A stretch of DNA of 64,000 bases from Sphaerodactylus townsendi (Eukaryota): assembly GCF_021028975.2 (NCBI RefSeq), contig NC_059429.1:95728001-95792000 (forward strand), written 5' to 3'. The notes beneath the pieces were generated by a model. The model was not told where the DNA came from. It was given only the letters and a program-made list of their open reading frames with translations, and did not search any database. A program made the position numbers and the translations under genes. Of this stretch, positions 60,500 to 64,000 are shown in pieces (within the stretch, counting starts at the first letter, position 1; each line of letters starts with the position of its first letter).

Positions 60500-62385
60500 T
60501 TGCCCTTTCAAGAGCCAAGCGGTCAACTTTAAATGTCCCAGTTCGGGGTGCCAAATGGGACCTTGACGTAGCAGGTCTGGTCTGCATGGGAGATGCAGGG
60601 GTTCCTGCTGGCAAGAGACGCATCTACAAAAGCGATCGTGGAAAACCCACGGTCTCCTGGAGCCAATGGGAAGTTATACAAAATCCAGATCGTTCCGGCT
60701 CCAACCTCCAGCCTGCAGTAACAATTTTTTGCGGAATGGGTCCCAGGAGGAGCAGCTTAAGAGAACGCTCCTTCCAATACGCACGGAGCCACTAGGGCAT
60801 CCGTTGCTATCGCTGATTGATGGTAATACCAGGTGAAGAATCTCGGCAACTGGGCATTCTCAGGTGAGGCGAACAAGTCCACCTGCGGCCTGGGAAACCG
60901 TGTGGCTAAGCTCTCAAATACCGCCGGATGAAGTTGCCACTCGGCATTCGAGATCGCCTTTCGACTTAACCAGTCCGCCTTGGTATTCAGGATGCCACTG
61001 ATGTGCTCTGCCCAAATGGACGCTAAATGATTCTCCGCCCACATCAACAATTTGGCTGCTTCTATTTGGAGAACTGATGATCTGCTTCCTCCTTGATTGT
61101 TTAAGTACGCCTTTGCGGCTACATTGTCCATCCTTATTAGCACGTGACAACCCCAGAAGCTCGGACTGAAATGATGCAGAGACAGGTGGATTGCATGCAG
61201 CTCCAACAGGTTGATGGGCAGTTTTGAGTCTGGCCTGGACCACTGACCCTGGACGAACCGGTGATCCATTGTCGCTCCCCATCCGGAGAGACTTGCATCT
61301 GTGAAAACTTGAACTGTAGACCTTACTAAGTATAGTTTCCCTTTGGACAGGTTGCTGCTGTCCATCCACCAGACCAGGCTCCTTTTGACTGATGAAGGCA
61401 CCACTAGCCATCTGTCCTTCTTCTGCATTATATCTAGTTGGTATGGGCAAAGAAATAGCTGTAGCTGCCTGGAGTGAAATCTGGCCCACTGCAGTGCGTC
61501 TATAGTCGCTACTAATAAACCCATCAAACTGGACAGCTGCATCAGGGATGACTTGTTGGCTACGATCACCTGTTGAACTAGCCGTTGTATCTTCAGAATC
61601 TTGTCCTGTGGCAGGAAAAGACAATGCCGCAGGGTATCGATCACTACTCCCAGATGCTCCATTCGCTGTGATGGAACCATGGTACTTTTCTTGAGATTGA
61701 CCACAAAGCCGTACTTTTGCAATGTCTGCTGCACTTGTTGGACATCTGACCTTGCCTTTTCCTCTGACTCGGACCGTATCAGCAAGTCGTCCAGGTAAGG
61801 GTGGACATGTATTCCCTGGTGGCGTAACTGGACTACCGGCACCAGGAGCAGTTTTGAGAACACCCTCAGAGCCGAAGCAAGGCCAAAGGGTAAAGCTCTG
61901 TATTGGAGATGCATATCTTCTACTGCGAACCGGAGGAATTTCCGATGAGATGGATGGATGGGTACATGCAAGTAAGCCTCCGTCAGGTCTAGGGACGTGA
62001 GGAACTCCTTCCTGTAGCGAAGCCGTAATCGTTCGCAATGTTTCCATTTTGAAATGATGTAGTCGTAGAAAACAGTTCACAAATCGCAGGTTCAGAATTG
62101 CTCTCCAGTCCCCTGATCGTTTGGGAACTGTGAAAAAATGGGAATAGATGCCTGTGCGCTTCTCCTAGTCTGGCACAAATTCCACAGCTTTGATTTGTAG
62201 GAGGTCGTCTATTGCTTGTTCTGGATTGTTTTTGAGGGCACTTGAGAGTTAAAGATGGGAAGAATCTGTGTGAGGGAAACTGCAAATTCTATTAAGTAAC
62301 CGTACTTTACCGCTTCTTTTGATCATCGATCTACATGTGGTTGATCCCCATAATGATGAAAATGCAGTAATCTCCGCCCCCCCCC
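60500..62385 (-). pseudogene. DIRS RT / RNase H / DNA adenine methyltransferase-like ORF, frameshifted
   Basis: FFTVPKRSGDWRAILNL, LDLTEAYLHVPIH, LPFGLAS, YLDDLL, FTDASLSGWGA, INLLEL, DNVAA, NTKADWLSR, VDLFASPEN, LTAWLL. Confidence 0.93.
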
Positions 62386-62407
62386 CGCCCCCCGAATGTT
62401 CTGATAG

Positions 62408-63757
62408 TTAGAACCGAGAGTTTCTAGAGAATCTGGGGAATCTACCCGCTCTACCGAAGGGGCGAAAATTTCCCCTTCCTCTGGGTGCCTGCTGCGAATA
62501 CCAATTTGCACGTCTACCATCCTTGTTAATGCGGGGAAGTATCCCTTGCGAACGAAAAGGTAAGCGAGAGGCTGCCCTATCTTGTCTAACCTGCCTCGGA
62601 AGAATCTTCCTGTTATCCTTGGTATTGACTAATGCCTGCCCCAAGCCCTTTCCAAACAATTTTTGACCATGGAAAGCATAGCTGGAAACCACTGATTTTG
62701 ACTGCATGTCTGCTTGCCAAGCTCTCAACCATAAGTTTCGCCTAGCCGGTATAGAACTGGCCGTGGAACGGGGTGCTAATGTGATGGCATCCGCTGATGC
62801 ATCAGCCAAGAAGGTTGACCCTAACATGAGTCTGTCCAGTCCATCTCTCACTGCCCTGTCATCTGGGGCAACTAAATCTACAATGTGTTTAATCCAAACC
62901 AACAACGCCCTGGAAACAGTGGCTGTAGGTATTAGGACCTTAATTAACATGCCCAACCAATCATGAGCTTTCTTCATCGCTACTTCAGACTTCCTGTCTA
63001 GGGGATCTCTAATATATCCCTCACCATACTTAGAAACTAAATTGCCTTATTGCGAATTTGCCACCGGTGCATCAACAATCGGAGTCTGTAACAGGTCATG
63101 AACATAAGCGGACATGGAGTAAAATCACTTGCTAGACGGAGGAACTGTCTTACTAGCAGTGGGATTAATCCACTCCTTTTTAATCCACTTCTCATAAGAT
63201 TCAGGCAACGGAAAAAATTTTAATGGATTTTCCTCCTCTGGGAAATAGCTCTGGTTTCCCTTCGGGCATCCCTTAATTGGCTTCCCCTGAGCCTGTCCTG
63301 TAGGGTCCTCAGCATCAGCCGGATCGGTAAGATCCAAAGCAGAAATGGTTTTTGTAATGAGAAGTGACAAATCCTCTGCTTTGAAAAATCTAGGCCCTTG
63401 CGCTGCCTCCTCTGGACCCGCGTCCTCTGTATCAGAGAACTGTGCCTCATCCTCCAGGCACTCTCCTTCACTTAAATATTCCTCTTGAAAAGGAGCGGAA
63501 TTTGTTAGGTGGTCTCCATCCCTGGCCATGTCTAACGCCCCTGCAATCTGACTGGCAGAACTGCCTTGGGCTTGTTGCCTAACCTGTCCTCCCTCTGGGA
63601 CAGCAAAACTAGTTTGAGGAGGTCTTGAAAATTCCTGTCTAAAGGACTGGGTCAGAAATTGCGTGAACTGAAAAGGGGAGATGCTGCTCCAAGCAGAAGT
63701 ATCCTCAGAAAACAGAAGGAGGTTGAGTGCAGAGGGCTGGTCTACCCGCTCACTCAC
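62408..63757 (-). pseudogene. DIRS gag-like ORF, interrupted
   Basis: ORFs 63125-63757 and 62408-62977 joined by PIVDAPV..RDPLDRKSE; FLADAS..ARRNLWLRAW..FHGQKLFG. Confidence 0.85.
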
Positions 63758-64000
63758 TCCCCTCGGTACTAGAGTTCCCTCAGTGGTCCGTGGAACCGTT
63801 GCCTGCGAGCTGTGACCCTGATTTAAAGCCGCTTGTTGACTAATGCCCTCTATTTGTAGCGCACTTTCCTCTGTACGAGGCTCTTTCCGTGCTTGAGAAG
63901 GAGGGGGGGGACTTCTTATGCTTAGTGCTCAACTTCGTCCTTTTCTGCTTTTGCGCTGCAACGCTCTCCGACCCTGTGCGGTCTGGCTGTTGCTTCCTCC

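Larger units (their letters stand above)
58955..64000 (-). mobile_element. DIRS1-like tyrosine-recombinase retrotransposon (5' end beyond window), decayed
   Basis: gag, RT/RNase H/methyltransferase and YR coding remnants in DIRS order plus 3' ICR/ITR architecture. Confidence 0.95.

Noticed and set aside
60914-62080. 388-aa ORF overlapping the DIRS RT
   Set aside because: Only the first 25 or so residues are RT before a frameshift; the rest is the overlapping alternative frame typical of DIRS elements, not a host gene
1-64000. CRISPR arrays, operons or prokaryotic defence systems
   Set aside because: Spliced vertebrate gene and eukaryotic TEs; no regularly spaced repeat-spacer array seen

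Overview
Vertebrate genomic DNA, almost certainly a squamate reptile and probably a gecko, judged from Squam2/Squam3-like and 5S-Sauria-like SINEs. The right third holds the 3' end of TRIM33 (TIF1-gamma) on the minus strand: five coding exons covering the end of the PHD finger, the bromodomain, the 17-aa alpha-isoform cassette exon and the last exon, followed by an approximately 5 kb 3'UTR. A decayed DIRS tyrosine-recombinase retrotransposon sits in sense orientation in the TRIM33 intron from about 58955 to the window end and stops only about 85 nt before the next splice acceptor. The left 47 kb has no recognisable host gene. It is a patchwork of LINE relics (APE-RT with CCHC tail, CR1, L2), SINEs, a solo LTR, Penelope-derived palindromes with a hammerhead core, Harbinger-type elements and many hAT MITEs with exact 8-bp target site duplications (TSDs). 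The most unusual structure is a 2.6 kb composite hAT unit (20773-23363) bounded by a single TSD. It carries about 2 kb of CpG-rich cargo plus a complete nested MITE that also occurs on its own at 3205-3596. No database searches were run; repeat family names come from recognition of consensus motifs and most repeat boundaries lacking TSDs are approximate.
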